DNA of 64,000 nucleotides, filler included, from an uncultured Methanosarcinales archaeon (GCA_964630685.1; 5 parts of 5 records of this genome joined end to end with filler, not necessarily neighbours in it), one strand, 5' to 3'. Counted from the first letter of the whole stretch, positions 39,352 through 50,525 are shown. Program-made: numbers and translations. Notes: generated by a model not told the origin, from the letters alone.

Positions 39352-41082
39352 TTACTCTTTTAATAAGATTTCGATTGTTGCAGCATAAGCAGGTCTCGAG
39401 ATAAATACTCCAATTGAAACTCCAATTATAGTTGTTAGTGCGAATCCTTTTAGAAGTCCTGCACCTGCGAACATTAATGGAGCCATTGCTACAACGGTTG
39501 TTGTGTATGCTGCCATAATGATAAAGAAAGCTCTTTTAATTTTTGTTTTCCAATCATAAATCTTGGCTGTTAATCCCTTGAGGCTTTCGTCTGCAATAAT
39601 AATTTGGTGGTCTATTCCTGTACCTACTGCGATTATGATTCCTGCAATAGCTGCAAGATCGAGATCCCATCCAATTAATGCTGCGATACCTAGTATTAAA
39701 ACAACTTCAATAATAATTGTTAAACTCATAGGGATAGTTACTTTGAAAGTTCTGTATTTTATGAAGATGATTATGAAAATTGCAATTATTGCCAGTAATG
39801 CTATAAGTCCTGCTTCTTGGATAAATTCAGAACCAAGTGCTGGTGAGATAACATCTATTTTTGCAATATCTAATTGAACAGGTAGTGAACCAGTTACAAG
39901 AACGGTTTGCATTTTTTTCATGTTTTCTAATGCATTATATACTGCTTCTTGTTGAGTGTTTCCAGATCCAGATCCAGAAATTTGAATATCTGTTACAGGT
40001 CTTCCCTTGAGGTCTGCTCCAATTTTTAATATATCCACTTCTTTATCATCTAAGAATAATTTTAAATCCTGACTCAAATATTCTTGACCGGACTCATCTG
40101 GAATAATTTCAAGATTGTTTGTTAAATCTGCTTGTCTTTGAGCTGCTTCTGGTTTTAAGGCAATGCTAAAACGAAAACTGCAAGCCCAAGTTCCATCACT
40201 TACTTTTCCACAACCTTTTGCTGGATCAATTCCAGAACAATCAGCGCTTCTACACACATAAGTGATATCTTTTTCTCCGCCATTAAATACAACATCTTCT
40301 CCAATTTTTGCTTCAAATTTACCTTGTTTAGCAAGTAAACCCCTTACTTCTTCTTCTGCCATTCCAGCTATTTCAGCTAGTATATATTGATTACCCGATA
40401 AATCTCCCGCTTCTCTAACAATAACATCTGTGATACCATAAACATTAAGACGTTCCTTCATGTTTTCAATAGTTAAACCCATTAAATCTTTAGGAATAAT
40501 TTCTTGTGGTTGGAGTAATACTCTAGTTCCCCCCTGCAAATCAAGGCCTTTTCTTATGTTAGTTGTTGGAGCATTATAAACTCTGAGTCCAATATTTTCC
40601 ATACCAATAAATTCTTTTAATGTTTTATTGACTAAAATTGTTTTGTTTATTGTTTGGTTTATGAGTGTAGTTGTACCATTAATTGTTTCATTTACTTGAA
40701 TTGTTTCTGGCACTATTTGTTCTTCTGTTTCATTTAGAATAGTTATTTGGTATTCTGGTTTTGTTTTTAGTAAATAAGTATTTTTGTTTGTTTGCAAGGT
40801 TATTGTACGATTAACTGTAAGAGTATTCACAAAATTTTCATAATCAGTTATATCTTTAATAGGGATATTGTTCATAGAAATTACTCTTTCTTTACTCATA
40901 GGAGCAGAAGTTGGTTTTGGACTTTCAATACCTGCAAGACTAGCGGAACTATTTAATTCAACGGTTCTTATTGCAACTCCTTCCACCCAAGGATTTGGAT
41001 GGATTGCAACTAATGCTAGTAAAACAGCAATTAATACTAGTATAATTCTAAATTTAGTAAATATTTTTTTAATTTTTCCCAT
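39352..41082 (-). CDS. secD: Preprotein translocase subunit SecD
   Basis: GLDLQGGTRVLL, GSLPV, GTGIDHQIII, GFALTTIIG. Confidence 0.92.
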   Translation of the reverse strand: MGKIKKIFTKFRIILVLIAVLLALVAIHPNPWVEGVAIRTVELNSSASLAGIESPKPTSAPMSKERVISMNNIPIKDITDYENFVNTLTVNRTITLQTNKNTYLLKTKPEYQITILNETEEQIVPETIQVNETINGTTTLINQTINKTILVNKTLKEFIGMENIGLRVYNAPTTNIRKGLDLQGGTRVLLQPQEIIPKDLMGLTIENMKERLNVYGITDVIVREAGDLSGNQYILAEIAGMAEEEVRGLLAKQGKFEAKIGEDVVFNGGEKDITYVCRSADCSGIDPAKGCGKVSDGTWACSFRFSIALKPEAAQRQADLTNNLEIIPDESGQEYLSQDLKLFLDDKEVDILKIGADLKGRPVTDIQISGSGSGNTQQEAVYNALENMKKMQTVLVTGSLPVQLDIAKIDVISPALGSEFIQEAGLIALLAIIAIFIIIFIKYRTFKVTIPMSLTIIIEVVLILGIAALIGWDLDLAAIAGIIIAVGTGIDHQIIIADESLKGLTAKIYDWKTKIKRAFFIIMAAYTTTVVAMAPLMFAGAGLLKGFALTTIIGVSIGVFISRPAYAATIEILLKE

Positions 41083-42070
41083 TTTCCTGTTTGTCTATAT
41101 ATAATCGTAAAAGTCCTACATTTTGAATCCATGTGTTGATTAAGTCTACTATTAGCCCAATTAATAATATTGTCATGATCTGTCTGATTGTTTCTGATTG
41201 TGTGAAAATCAATGCTAAAATCACTACTGCCATTGTTGTAGCAGTCATTGTGAGTCCTGTTTTCATTGCATTCATTAATCTTTGAAATACTGTACCCTCT
41301 TTTCTTTTTATTAATCTAGTTGTAAGTAAGATGTCTGTATCTACAGAGTAACCAATTATCATTAAGAATGCAGCAATACCTGCAGTAGATAATTTAATTC
41401 CCATTAGATTTACAATTGCTAAAGTAACTAAAATGTCTGAAACTGCCGCTAAAATTACAGCCATTGAAGGTACAAATGTTTTGAAATATAAGAAAACAAT
41501 AATGCCCATAAATGCAAATGCGAGAAGTAACGCAATTATAGTTTCTTTGAAAAAACTCGCTCCTAATGATGAACCCATATGTTCTGTACTATATTCACCC
41601 AAATCATCTATCTTAGATTCTAAAAAAGTTAAAAGATTCTGTAGCTGTGTTTGATCTTGAATATCTGTGTCTATAATTATCCCTGTAGAAGTTCCTGCTT
41701 TTGTGAGTGATCTTACTGATAAATCTAAATCTTTAAATTCTTGAGAAAGAAGATCTTCAAGCATATCTATATTGATTATTTTATCTGAGGGGATCGTTAT
41801 AGTTGTCCCCCCTTTTAATGAAACTGCTTTGTGAATAAAATCTCCTGTTGTTATTGCTTGGGCAGATATTAAAATAATGGATATTAATAACATTAAAATT
41901 GGAATAATAAGGAGTTTTTTGTATTGAGTGTTATAAAAATGTAATAAAGGATTTTTTGTTTCTCTTGGTTTTTCTCTTGGTTTAAATTCTTGGGGAGATT
42001 CTTCTACTGTTTCAATTATCTTTTTCCTTTTCTCATGAAATCTTCTTAGCCTTCTATCTCTCCTAGACAT
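41069..42070 (-). CDS. secF: Preprotein translocase subunit SecF
   Basis: LKGGT, GYSVDTDILLTTR, DLINTW. Confidence 0.92.
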   Translation of the reverse strand: MSRRDRRLRRFHEKRKKIIETVEESPQEFKPREKPRETKNPLLHFYNTQYKKLLIIPILMLLISIILISAQAITTGDFIHKAVSLKGGTTITIPSDKIINIDMLEDLLSQEFKDLDLSVRSLTKAGTSTGIIIDTDIQDQTQLQNLLTFLESKIDDLGEYSTEHMGSSLGASFFKETIIALLLAFAFMGIIVFLYFKTFVPSMAVILAAVSDILVTLAIVNLMGIKLSTAGIAAFLMIIGYSVDTDILLTTRLIKRKEGTVFQRLMNAMKTGLTMTATTMAVVILALIFTQSETIRQIMTILLIGLIVDLINTWIQNVGLLRLYIDKQENGKN

Positions 42071-42166
42071 AATATCTGAGAATTGGTGTGTTATTAATAA
42101 ACCTTACGAAAATTTACCTTATTTTAATTAAATTAATTGAATTATTTATTGATTTATTGATTAATT

Positions 42167-43765
42167 TTATTTAATTAAAGCTTGGATAAAACCGAGAAAT
42201 AAAGGTGCAGGTCTTTCCAATCTAGATTTTAATTCAGGGTGAGCTTGAGTTGCTACAAAATATTTATGTTTTGGTAGTTCTATGAATTCAATCAAAGTGT
42301 TGTCTGGGGAAGTTCCTGAAAGGGATAGGCCTTTTTCAGTTAAGATTTTATGATATTCCGGATTTACTTCATATCTATGACGGTGTCTTTCATAAACTCT
42401 TAGAGAGTCATATAATTTTGCTGTTATACTGTTTTTTTTAAGTATTGCTTCATAAGCACCAAGACGCATTGTTCCCCCTTTTTTATGGATCTTTTTTTGT
42501 TCTGGAAGGAAATCGATTACTGGGTGGTTTGTTTTTTTATTTACTTCTGTTGAATCTGCTGTGAGGTTACAGACATTTCTTGCAAATTCTGTTACTGCTA
42601 ATTGTAAACCCAAACAAAGTCCTAAGAATGGAAGATTGTTGGTTCTTACATATTCAATCACTTTTATTTTTCCTTCTGTGCCTCTTGAGCCAAAACCTCC
42701 TGGTACAATAACTCCCTGAATTCCTTTTAGTGCTTCTTCTATTGATATTTTTTTATCTTCAATATCTGTTGTTTCTATCCATTTAGTGTTAATTTTGGTT
42801 TTAAATGTAGCACCGCAATGAATCAATGCTTCTGAAATGCTTATATAAGAATCCTTTAATTCTGTGTATTTTCCACACATCGCAATCGTTACTTCTTTTT
42901 CAGGGTTTTTTATATTGTTTACTAGTTTTTCCCATTCAACTAAATCTTTTGATTTTGGAAGTGCTAATTTTTCCTCAATAATTTTTAATAAGCCTTCTTC
43001 TTTGAAGATTAATGGAAGTTCGTAAACCGTCTTTAGATCTGGGTCGCTAATCACCTCCTCTTTTTTTATGTTACAGAATAGAGCTATTTTTTCTTTTGAT
43101 TTAGGAATTAATTTATTGGGTGAACGTCCTATGATTATATCTGGTTGAATTCCTCTTGCTTGCATTAAATCAACACTTTGTTGTGTAGGTTTCGTTTTTT
43201 GTTCTCCAACACAATGAAGTATAGGAACATAAGTGAGGTGACAGAATAAAAGATTTTTTTTTCCTACTTCTAATCTTAATTGTCTTGCTGCTTCAAAGAA
43301 AAGATCCATTTCTATATCGCCGACTGTACCCCCTAATTCAATAATCATAACATCTGCTTGTTCTTTTTTTGCTAATTCTTTCCATTTGGTTTTAATCTCA
43401 TTAGATATATGAGGAACCATTTGAACTGTTTTTCCTAAGAATTGCCCTCTTCTTTCTTTTTCTATAATAGATTGGTATACTTTTCCTGAAGTTATATTCC
43501 AGTCGAATTTACAGTCAATTTTTAGAAATCTTTCATAATGGCCGAAGTCCATATCCACTTCTCCACCATCATCTAACACAAAAACTTCTCCATGTTCTAT
43601 TGGATTCATTGTGCCTGGATCTACATTTAGATATCCATCACATTTTACTGGAACAACTTTTAGATTAGAGGATAAAAGTCTACCAATAGATGCAGTTACG
43701 ATTCCTTTACCTAAACCAGATAGAACTCCCCCAGAAACAATTATCCATTTTGTTTGTTTGGGCAT
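42167..43765 (-). CDS. pyrG: CTP synthase
   Basis: GGVLSGLGKG, KTKPTQ, PGGFGSRG, CLGLQ, ERHRHRYE, QAHPE. Confidence 0.97.
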   Translation of the reverse strand: MPKQTKWIIVSGGVLSGLGKGIVTASIGRLLSSNLKVVPVKCDGYLNVDPGTMNPIEHGEVFVLDDGGEVDMDFGHYERFLKIDCKFDWNITSGKVYQSIIEKERRGQFLGKTVQMVPHISNEIKTKWKELAKKEQADVMIIELGGTVGDIEMDLFFEAARQLRLEVGKKNLLFCHLTYVPILHCVGEQKTKPTQQSVDLMQARGIQPDIIIGRSPNKLIPKSKEKIALFCNIKKEEVISDPDLKTVYELPLIFKEEGLLKIIEEKLALPKSKDLVEWEKLVNNIKNPEKEVTIAMCGKYTELKDSYISISEALIHCGATFKTKINTKWIETTDIEDKKISIEEALKGIQGVIVPGGFGSRGTEGKIKVIEYVRTNNLPFLGLCLGLQLAVTEFARNVCNLTADSTEVNKKTNHPVIDFLPEQKKIHKKGGTMRLGAYEAILKKNSITAKLYDSLRVYERHRHRYEVNPEYHKILTEKGLSLSGTSPDNTLIEFIELPKHKYFVATQAHPELKSRLERPAPLFLGFIQALIK

Positions 43766-43819
43766 AATTAAAAATAGGTTAGATGATATTTAAAGATTTA
43801 TTTAGTGGAGTATATGTTT

Positions 43820-44386
43820 TTAACCACTGAATGTTTTTATTATATTGATAAAGAAGTGACTCCCATCAAAAGGAGGTATTGGAAGCATGTTGAATATAAA
43901 GAGGAATAGGTTTATTTTTTTTGTTAGTACAAGAAAGGGGATGTATTTTTTTGAGGTGTTTTTTTGTTTAAGGAAAAATGCTGCCATTCCGAATAATGCA
44001 AGGTTTGTTAGTGGACCTGCTACTGCAATCATTGCTGTTTGAAAATGTGTTGCTAATCCTGAATGTGCAACATAACCTGGGATAAAGAATATAAATCCAA
44101 AATTTAAGAGTTTTAACACTATTCCCAATCCCAAGAAAAAATAATGCGCGTGAAAAGTTGCAGATAATCCATAATAGATGGCCACTAATTTATGTGCAAG
44201 TTCGTGAAGAATTATTGCTGGTGCTGTTACCATGACTGCAAATTTGAAATTTTCAAAGTTGAATCTTTTTTTGTAGTGAGTTAAAGGATCATATGGCCCT
44301 GTTGGTTTTTTGAATATATCTTTGAAGATAAAGCCTAGTACAGCTATCATAATTATTAAATCTATAAATTCTTGTAGGCTGAACAT
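43820..44386 (-). CDS. M50 family membrane metalloprotease (site-2 protease)
   Basis: HELAH, AGPLTN, NMLPIPPFDG. Confidence 0.9.
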   Translation of the reverse strand: MFSLQEFIDLIIMIAVLGFIFKDIFKKPTGPYDPLTHYKKRFNFENFKFAVMVTAPAIILHELAHKLVAIYYGLSATFHAHYFFLGLGIVLKLLNFGFIFFIPGYVAHSGLATHFQTAMIAVAGPLTNLALFGMAAFFLKQKNTSKKYIPFLVLTKKINLFLFIFNMLPIPPFDGSHFFINIIKTFSG

Positions 44387-44439
44387 ATTTTGGAATTAAA
44401 TGGTAAAGATTTAAATAATTATGCTTATTCTTTTTTATT

Positions 44440-44796
44440 ATGGCAGAATTAGTTGTGTATTTATCTAGTGGAAAAGGAACTTGGAATTATGTTGTTAAAT
44501 TGATTAATGAACATGATTGGGATAAGGTTTTTGTAGTTACAGATGAATTTGGGAAAAAGAATTTTAAGTCTAGTAAAAAAGTTGAGATAATTGTTGTTGA
44601 TTCCAGTAAACCTTTGGTTGAATTTGCTAAAGAGATTAGTGGATGTTTGAAAGGGAAGGTTAAAGGAATTGAGGTTGCCGTTAATTTTGTTTCTGGTTCT
44701 GGAAAAGAGCATATGGCTCTGATGAGTGCATTGTTGAAATTAGGGATTGGAGTTAGATTGATTGCTTTAGAACCTAAAGGGATTTCTGAGATTTGA
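44440..44796 (+). CDS. Hypothetical protein, possible stand-alone CARF-like Rossmann fold
   Basis: beta-alpha pattern with AVNFVSGSGKEHMAL. Confidence 0.55.
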   Translation: MAELVVYLSSGKGTWNYVVKLINEHDWDKVFVVTDEFGKKNFKSSKKVEIIVVDSSKPLVEFAKEISGCLKGKVKGIEVAVNFVSGSGKEHMALMSALLKLGIGVRLIALEPKGISEI

Positions 44797-44854
44797 TTTT
44801 GATTTGGTTGTTTAAAACACAAATAATTTAAAATCCGAGTACTTATTAACTTAT

Positions 44855-45913
44855 ATGAATAAATTAGTTCTTTTTTTGGTGCTTTTAGTGAGTTTATCAT
44901 TAGTTGTATCTAGTTATAATGTTGTTTTGAATTCTAAATCAACGCGAGGAGATATGGGCTCCATTTTTGAAGTAAAAACACCTATTCCAAATAAAGCAAT
45001 ACCTCTGATTATTAAGAAAAATATTACCATTGTAACATATAATGTGTTAAATTTTGGTGAATCAGGGGTCGAAAGAGTTGAATATTTTAGAAAGGTGATT
45101 GATGAAATAGACCCAGATATACTTGTTGTTCAAGAAATGAATGTAGGGGGAGTGGATATTTTTTTAGATGATGTGATGAATTATGGAGAAGAAGAATATT
45201 TAGCTTCTCCTTTTATTGATGGCCCAAGTACAGATAATATTATTTTTTATAAACCAACGAAAATTGAATATCTTGAAACAGAACAAATTCCTACTGAATC
45301 AAGAGATATTTCTGCTTATACTTTATCTTTAGTGGATAAGCATAACTCTGAGTTTATTATTTATTCAGTACATTTACATCCTGGACAATATGGGGCTAAT
45401 AAAATTTTAAGATATAATGAAGTTTTAGAACTGAAAGAACATGCAGATAATCTTCCAGAAGGTTCTCATTTTATGGTTTTGGGCGATTTTAATATTTATG
45501 AAGATGTTGAACCAGTATATGAATTATTGATGGAGGAATTTGTAATAGATTTATATGATCCAATAAATCAACCAGGTGATTGGCATGACCATAGCGAATT
45601 TGCAGAAATTCATACACAAGCAACCAGATCAATTCAATTTGGTGGTGGAGCTTATGGTGGTTTAGATGATAGGTTTGATATGATTTTACTTTCTCAGTCA
45701 TTTGAGAATCATCTTAATTTAGAATATATTAATAACTCTTATCATGCATTTGGTAATGATGGAGAACATTTTAATCAAGCAATAAATGAAGGAGAAAATT
45801 CTGTTGTTTCAGTAGAAATAGCAGATGCACTCCATTATGCTTCAGATCATCTTCCTGTTGTTGCTAAATTCCAGTATAGGCTTCATAGATATGCTTTGAG
45901 AAGAATGGAGTGA
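44855..45913 (+). CDS. Secreted endonuclease/exonuclease/phosphatase (DNase I-like)
   Basis: Signal peptide, then TYNVLN, VQE, SVHL, GDFN, RFDMI and SDHLPV motifs. Confidence 0.9.
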   Translation: MNKLVLFLVLLVSLSLVVSSYNVVLNSKSTRGDMGSIFEVKTPIPNKAIPLIIKKNITIVTYNVLNFGESGVERVEYFRKVIDEIDPDILVVQEMNVGGVDIFLDDVMNYGEEEYLASPFIDGPSTDNIIFYKPTKIEYLETEQIPTESRDISAYTLSLVDKHNSEFIIYSVHLHPGQYGANKILRYNEVLELKEHADNLPEGSHFMVLGDFNIYEDVEPVYELLMEEFVIDLYDPINQPGDWHDHSEFAEIHTQATRSIQFGGGAYGGLDDRFDMILLSQSFENHLNLEYINNSYHAFGNDGEHFNQAINEGENSVVSVEIADALHYASDHLPVVAKFQYRLHRYALRRME

Positions 45914-45938
45914 TTAGATTAATCTAATTGATTTTGAT

Positions 45939-46589
45939 TTATTTATTCATAATTCTATACCAATAAAGAATTAGTTTATCTGTTGCTTTTACTAAATCTA
46001 ATTTGTTTCCTTGGATGATTAAACAGTTATCTTTTTGTTCTACAAATGCAACTGGATCTTGTTGAATTAATATTACTGGAGCGTTGGTGTTCTCACAGTT
46101 TTTTATGGGTGTATCAATTGGGCAATTATCTTTTTCATTTTCTGAACATGCGGCTTTAGGTATTATGTTTAAAACTTTTATTAGATTCATTTGAAGGTCT
46201 GCGGTTGCAAGACCTATATATTTTAAATTTCCAGAATTAGAATTAAAGTTATGACTCACATAAGTGCTGTTTAAGTTTAAGAATAATTCTGGTTTGCCCA
46301 TTATAGGTATATCTTCTAAATCTCTTGGCCCATACCTTAACTCAATTGTGTAGAGTTTATTTTGCCCAGGTGGTTGAATTTGTGTGAACCAATTTTCTCC
46401 ATATTTGGCAAATGAAAATCCATTGTAAGTGTAACTCGTTTGATTTTTTGGGAGAATTTTGTCTAGGTTAAAAAGAATTAAAAAAAGACTTATTACAATT
46501 ATGATAGTATAAATAAGATATTTTATTGAAGAATCTTTTTCTTTATTTTTTTGTTTGTTCTCTTTTTTATGGCTCTTTTTTTTAGGCAT
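45939..46589 (-). CDS. Membrane-anchored hypothetical protein
   Basis: Basic N-terminus plus one TM. Shares a C-terminal pattern (C..PVI..DNCLIIQG..DKLI) with its neighbour. Confidence 0.75.
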   Translation of the reverse strand: MPKKKSHKKENKQKNKEKDSSIKYLIYTIIIVISLFLILFNLDKILPKNQTSYTYNGFSFAKYGENWFTQIQPPGQNKLYTIELRYGPRDLEDIPIMGKPELFLNLNSTYVSHNFNSNSGNLKYIGLATADLQMNLIKVLNIIPKAACSENEKDNCPIDTPIKNCENTNAPVILIQQDPVAFVEQKDNCLIIQGNKLDLVKATDKLILYWYRIMNK

Positions 46590-46615
46590 TTTATTTAGTT
46601 GTTAATTATTATTTA

Positions 46616-47194
46616 TTATATTACATCAAATAAAGCATAAAGAAGTCTATCTTTTAATGCAAGAAAACCTTCCCTGGAATTGCTTTCTCCGATTATGCAG
46701 TTATTTTCTAAAGTGAATTTAGTGATGTTACTGTCTTTGAAATAAATTACAGGTACAAATTCTGTTGCATTATCACAAGTTATAATTGGGAGATTATAAG
46801 TGGTCGTGTTTTTTGTTTTTCCACTTTGAATATATTTGTTTGTTTTTTGAAGTTCATTTGTTAGATCAAATCTCGCTTTATCCAAATATGCAATGTTTTT
46901 GCTTTCAGGATCAAATGTAAAATATATCATTTGTGAATTTTCTAATAAATACTCAAGTTCATAACTAAAGTTTATATCTTGGATATCTGAAGGGAAATAA
47001 TAGAATTTTAATTGTTCCCCATTTAGTTTCAATGTAAAATATTCATTTTGTCTAGTGAATGTGTAGTCTTTGTATTTGAAAGTTTCATTGGGATCACTCC
47101 ACATCATACCTATTATACTGCTAGTCATAATTACCACTATAAATATAGCCATAATTCCGCTTGAAGTTATTCTTTTCTTTTTTTGACGTCTCAT
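46616..47194 (-). CDS. Membrane-anchored hypothetical protein (paralog of 45939-46589)
   Basis: One TM and ITCDNA..PVIY..NNCIIGE..DRLLY. Confidence 0.75.
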   Translation of the reverse strand: MRRQKKKRITSSGIMAIFIVVIMTSSIIGMMWSDPNETFKYKDYTFTRQNEYFTLKLNGEQLKFYYFPSDIQDINFSYELEYLLENSQMIYFTFDPESKNIAYLDKARFDLTNELQKTNKYIQSGKTKNTTTYNLPIITCDNATEFVPVIYFKDSNITKFTLENNCIIGESNSREGFLALKDRLLYALFDVI

Positions 47195-47303
47195 AGTGTA
47201 TTTTGGTGTTATAGGTTACTTATTTATATCTTTTTTGATTGGGGAGTATTTATTAATGGTTTTTGACGAAATGTTTATATAGGTATCTGTATGTATTTAT
47301 CCT

Positions 47304-47987
47304 ATGAAAAAAAAGGTGTTGATTAAGTTAAAGGAGGTATGGAAAACTTATCTTATGGGTAAAGTTGAAGTACATGCTTTGCGTGGACTTGATTTAGAAG
47401 TTAAAAAAGGAGAATTTATTGCGATACAAGGTCCTTCTGGTTCTGGGAAATCAACTGCTATGAATATGGTGGGTTGTTTAGATATTCCTACTACAGGGAG
47501 TATTTTTCTTGAAGGAAGAAATATAGCACATTTACAAGAATCTCAATTAGCACAATTACGTGGAAAAAAGATAGGGTTTGTTTTTCAACAGTTTAATTTA
47601 ATAAATACACTAAGTGCTTTAGAAAATGTTATGTTGCCAATGACTTTTCAAGGTGTTGAAGCTGAAAAAAGAAAGAATAGGGCTAAAAGTTTATTGGAAT
47701 TTCTTGAATTGGGAGATAGGGTGAATCATAAGCCCACTGAAATGAGTGGTGGTGAACAACAAAGAGTTGCCATTGCAAGAGCACTTGCTAATGATCCTGA
47801 TATTCTTTTGGCAGACGAACCTACTGGTAATCTCGATAGTAAAACGGGGAAATATATTATGAATTTGCTTATGAAATTGAATAAAGAAAAAAATAAAACT
47901 ATAATTATGGTGACTCATGATGATAAATTAGGCAAATTTGCTGAAAGAGTTTATTATTTGAAGGATGGTAAGATTGTTAATAGTTAA
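47304..47987 (+). CDS. ABC transporter ATP-binding protein (LolD/MacB type)
   Basis: [32 protein letters not shown]. Confidence 0.95.
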   Translation: MKKKVLIKLKEVWKTYLMGKVEVHALRGLDLEVKKGEFIAIQGPSGSGKSTAMNMVGCLDIPTTGSIFLEGRNIAHLQESQLAQLRGKKIGFVFQQFNLINTLSALENVMLPMTFQGVEAEKRKNRAKSLLEFLELGDRVNHKPTEMSGGEQQRVAIARALANDPDILLADEPTGNLDSKTGKYIMNLLMKLNKEKNKTIIMVTHDDKLGKFAERVYYLKDGKIVNS

Positions 47988-48034
47988 ATTTATATATTTG
48001 AAGAGATAAATATATCCACATAAAGGAGGTATAA

Positions 48035-49276
48035 ATGAAAAAAATATTTGTTTTAGGACTAATTTTCTTGTTTTTAGTTAGTGTTGGACACGCTACGCGA
48101 CCTGATAATGCTGCTATTAAAGTTGATTCTTTAAAATATGAACCCTACCCTGTTGAGGCAGGACAATATTTTAAAGTATGGATAAAAGTCGAAAATTATG
48201 GTAATGATGAAGCAGAAGATGCTACTTTTATTTTAGAACCCAAATTTCCTTTTTCTTTAGATTCAAATGAAGATGCTGAAAGAAATATAGGTCAACTCGA
48301 TGTTGCCGAGGAAGTTGTATTTGAATATCTTGTTCGAGTTGATGATAATGCTGTTGAAGGGGATAATGAGATTGATTTTAAATTTACAACTGATGGGATG
48401 GCTTGGGTTACACATACATTTGAAATATTTGTGAGAACTCATGATACTATGCTTAATGTGCAAAATGTGGGTGTGAGTCCTGCAGAAGTTGCGCCAGGTG
48501 AAATGACTACTTTATCTATTCAGTTAAAAAATATGGCAGATTCTTTGATTAAAGATTTGCGAGCGGAACTTGAATTAACAAGAAGAGATGTTTTGGCTGC
48601 AAGTGTTGAATATAGTGAGTTACCATTTACAACTGTCGGTTCTACCAATGTAATCATGACAAAAAGCATTGGACCTTTGGAACAAAAAATATTTAATTTT
48701 AAATTATTAGTTGATCCAGATACTGAGCCAAAAGTATATAGAATTCCTTTGACTCTTACTTATACTGATGAATTAGGAAACACAACTTATGAAGAAGAAA
48801 GTGTTGTTGCTGTGACTGTTGCTATGGAGCCAGATATCATGATTAATTTAGATGATAGAGATATTTACCTGACAAATTCTAAAGGAGGGGTTTCTATTGG
48901 GATATATAATAAAGGTATTGGAGATCTTAAATTTGCGACTATAGAATTGCTTGAAAGCGAAGATTATGAAATATTATCTACTCCATTGATGTATTTGGGT
49001 AATGTTGATAGTGATGATTATGAAACTGCAGATTTTAATATTTATGTTGAGGGGGAAAATCCTCAATTATTAGTTGAATTAAATTATGAAGATGAGTTTA
49101 ATAAAGGGTATGTGAAATCTGACAAAATATCACTGAATACATATTCATCTGAAGAAGCACAAAAATATGGATTTATTCAAGGAAAAAGCAATTCTTGGAT
49201 CTTTTTTGTTGTTTTAATATTGGCAATTGGCGGTTGGGTTTGGTTTAAAAAACACAAGAAGAAAAAACGCCATTAA
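48035..49276 (+). CDS. COG1361 S-layer-domain family protein
   Basis: Signal peptide, YEPYPVEAG, Ig-like domains, C-terminal TM with basic tail. Confidence 0.85.
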   Translation: MKKIFVLGLIFLFLVSVGHATRPDNAAIKVDSLKYEPYPVEAGQYFKVWIKVENYGNDEAEDATFILEPKFPFSLDSNEDAERNIGQLDVAEEVVFEYLVRVDDNAVEGDNEIDFKFTTDGMAWVTHTFEIFVRTHDTMLNVQNVGVSPAEVAPGEMTTLSIQLKNMADSLIKDLRAELELTRRDVLAASVEYSELPFTTVGSTNVIMTKSIGPLEQKIFNFKLLVDPDTEPKVYRIPLTLTYTDELGNTTYEEESVVAVTVAMEPDIMINLDDRDIYLTNSKGGVSIGIYNKGIGDLKFATIELLESEDYEILSTPLMYLGNVDSDDYETADFNIYVEGENPQLLVELNYEDEFNKGYVKSDKISLNTYSSEEAQKYGFIQGKSNSWIFFVVLILAIGGWVWFKKHKKKKRH

Positions 49277-49281
49277 TTATA

Positions 49282-50502
49282 ATGCTACTTGATTATTTTA
49301 ATCTTGCCCTTAAAGGTATTAAACGTCGTAAACTTAGATCTTGGTTAACTATGCTTGGCATATTTATAGGTATATCTGCTGTTGTTGCATTGATTGGTTT
49401 AGGAGAAGGATTGCGAGAGTCTATAAATTCTCAATTTAATTTTCTAGGAACAGATCTTCTTGCTATTACTGCTTCTGGGGGAATGGGTCCTCCTGGTAGT
49501 GGTGTTGTTAATCCTTTAACAGATAAAGAATTGAATCGAATTAAAGGAGTTTTGGGGGTAGAAAAAGTAGCAGGAAGAATACAGGAATCAGTTAAATTAG
49601 TTTTTAATAAAAAATCAAGTTTTACTTATGCTATTAGTGTTCCTGATGGAGAATACAGAGAAGTAATCGAGCATGCTTTGAGTATGGAAGTACAAGAAGG
49701 AAGACTTTTAGAAGATGAGGACAAAGATGTTGTTTTTTTGGGAGCGAGATATCTTGAAGAGGATAATAGATTCGGAAAAGCAGTTTTTCGTGGATCTAAA
49801 ATTGAAATACAAGGAAAAGAATTTGAAGTCATAGGTATAATGGAAAAAAAAGGGAATCCCATGATAGATTCTGCTATATTTATGAATGACGATGATCTTA
49901 GGGAATTAGTGGGTAGGCCAAAAGATGAATATGATTTGATAGGTGTTATATTTGATGAAAACAAAGATGTAGTTAAAATAAAAGAAGATATTGAAGATAG
50001 ATTAAGAAAAGTAAGGGACGTAAAAAAAGGGAATGAAGATTTTAGTGTTGAAACTCCTGCTTCTATGTTAGAACAAGTTAATTCAATTATTCTTGGAGTG
50101 CAGATATTTGTTTATATAATTGCAGGAATTTCTATTTTGGTCGGAGGTATTGGGATAATGAACACTATGTATACTGCTGTTGTTGAAAGAACAAAGGAAG
50201 TTGGAATAATGAAATCAATTGGAGCTAAGAATTCAATCATATTTACCTTATTTTTTATGGAATCTGGTTTTTTAGGAACTGTTGGGGGGATAATAGGAAT
50301 TATTTTAGGATATTCAATGGCAACAGGTCTAGCATTTGTTGGTAGAATGGTTTTAGGGGTAAAACTTTATCCTTATTTTCATTGGAGTTTGATTGTGGGT
50401 GCATTTTTATTTTCATTTGTAATTGGTTCATTTTTTGGAACACTTCCAGCAATACAGGCTTCAAAATTAAATCCAGTAGATGCATTGAGGAAAATAAAAT
50501 AG
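49282..50502 (+). CDS. ABC transporter permease (MacB/FtsX family)
   Basis: RSWLTMLGIFIG, GIMNTMYTAVVERTKEVGIMKSIGA, PVDALR. Confidence 0.93.
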   Translation: MLLDYFNLALKGIKRRKLRSWLTMLGIFIGISAVVALIGLGEGLRESINSQFNFLGTDLLAITASGGMGPPGSGVVNPLTDKELNRIKGVLGVEKVAGRIQESVKLVFNKKSSFTYAISVPDGEYREVIEHALSMEVQEGRLLEDEDKDVVFLGARYLEEDNRFGKAVFRGSKIEIQGKEFEVIGIMEKKGNPMIDSAIFMNDDDLRELVGRPKDEYDLIGVIFDENKDVVKIKEDIEDRLRKVRDVKKGNEDFSVETPASMLEQVNSIILGVQIFVYIIAGISILVGGIGIMNTMYTAVVERTKEVGIMKSIGAKNSIIFTLFFMESGFLGTVGGIIGIILGYSMATGLAFVGRMVLGVKLYPYFHWSLIVGAFLFSFVIGSFFGTLPAIQASKLNPVDALRKIK

Positions 50503-50525
50503 TGCAAGTGTAATAAAAATTTAAA

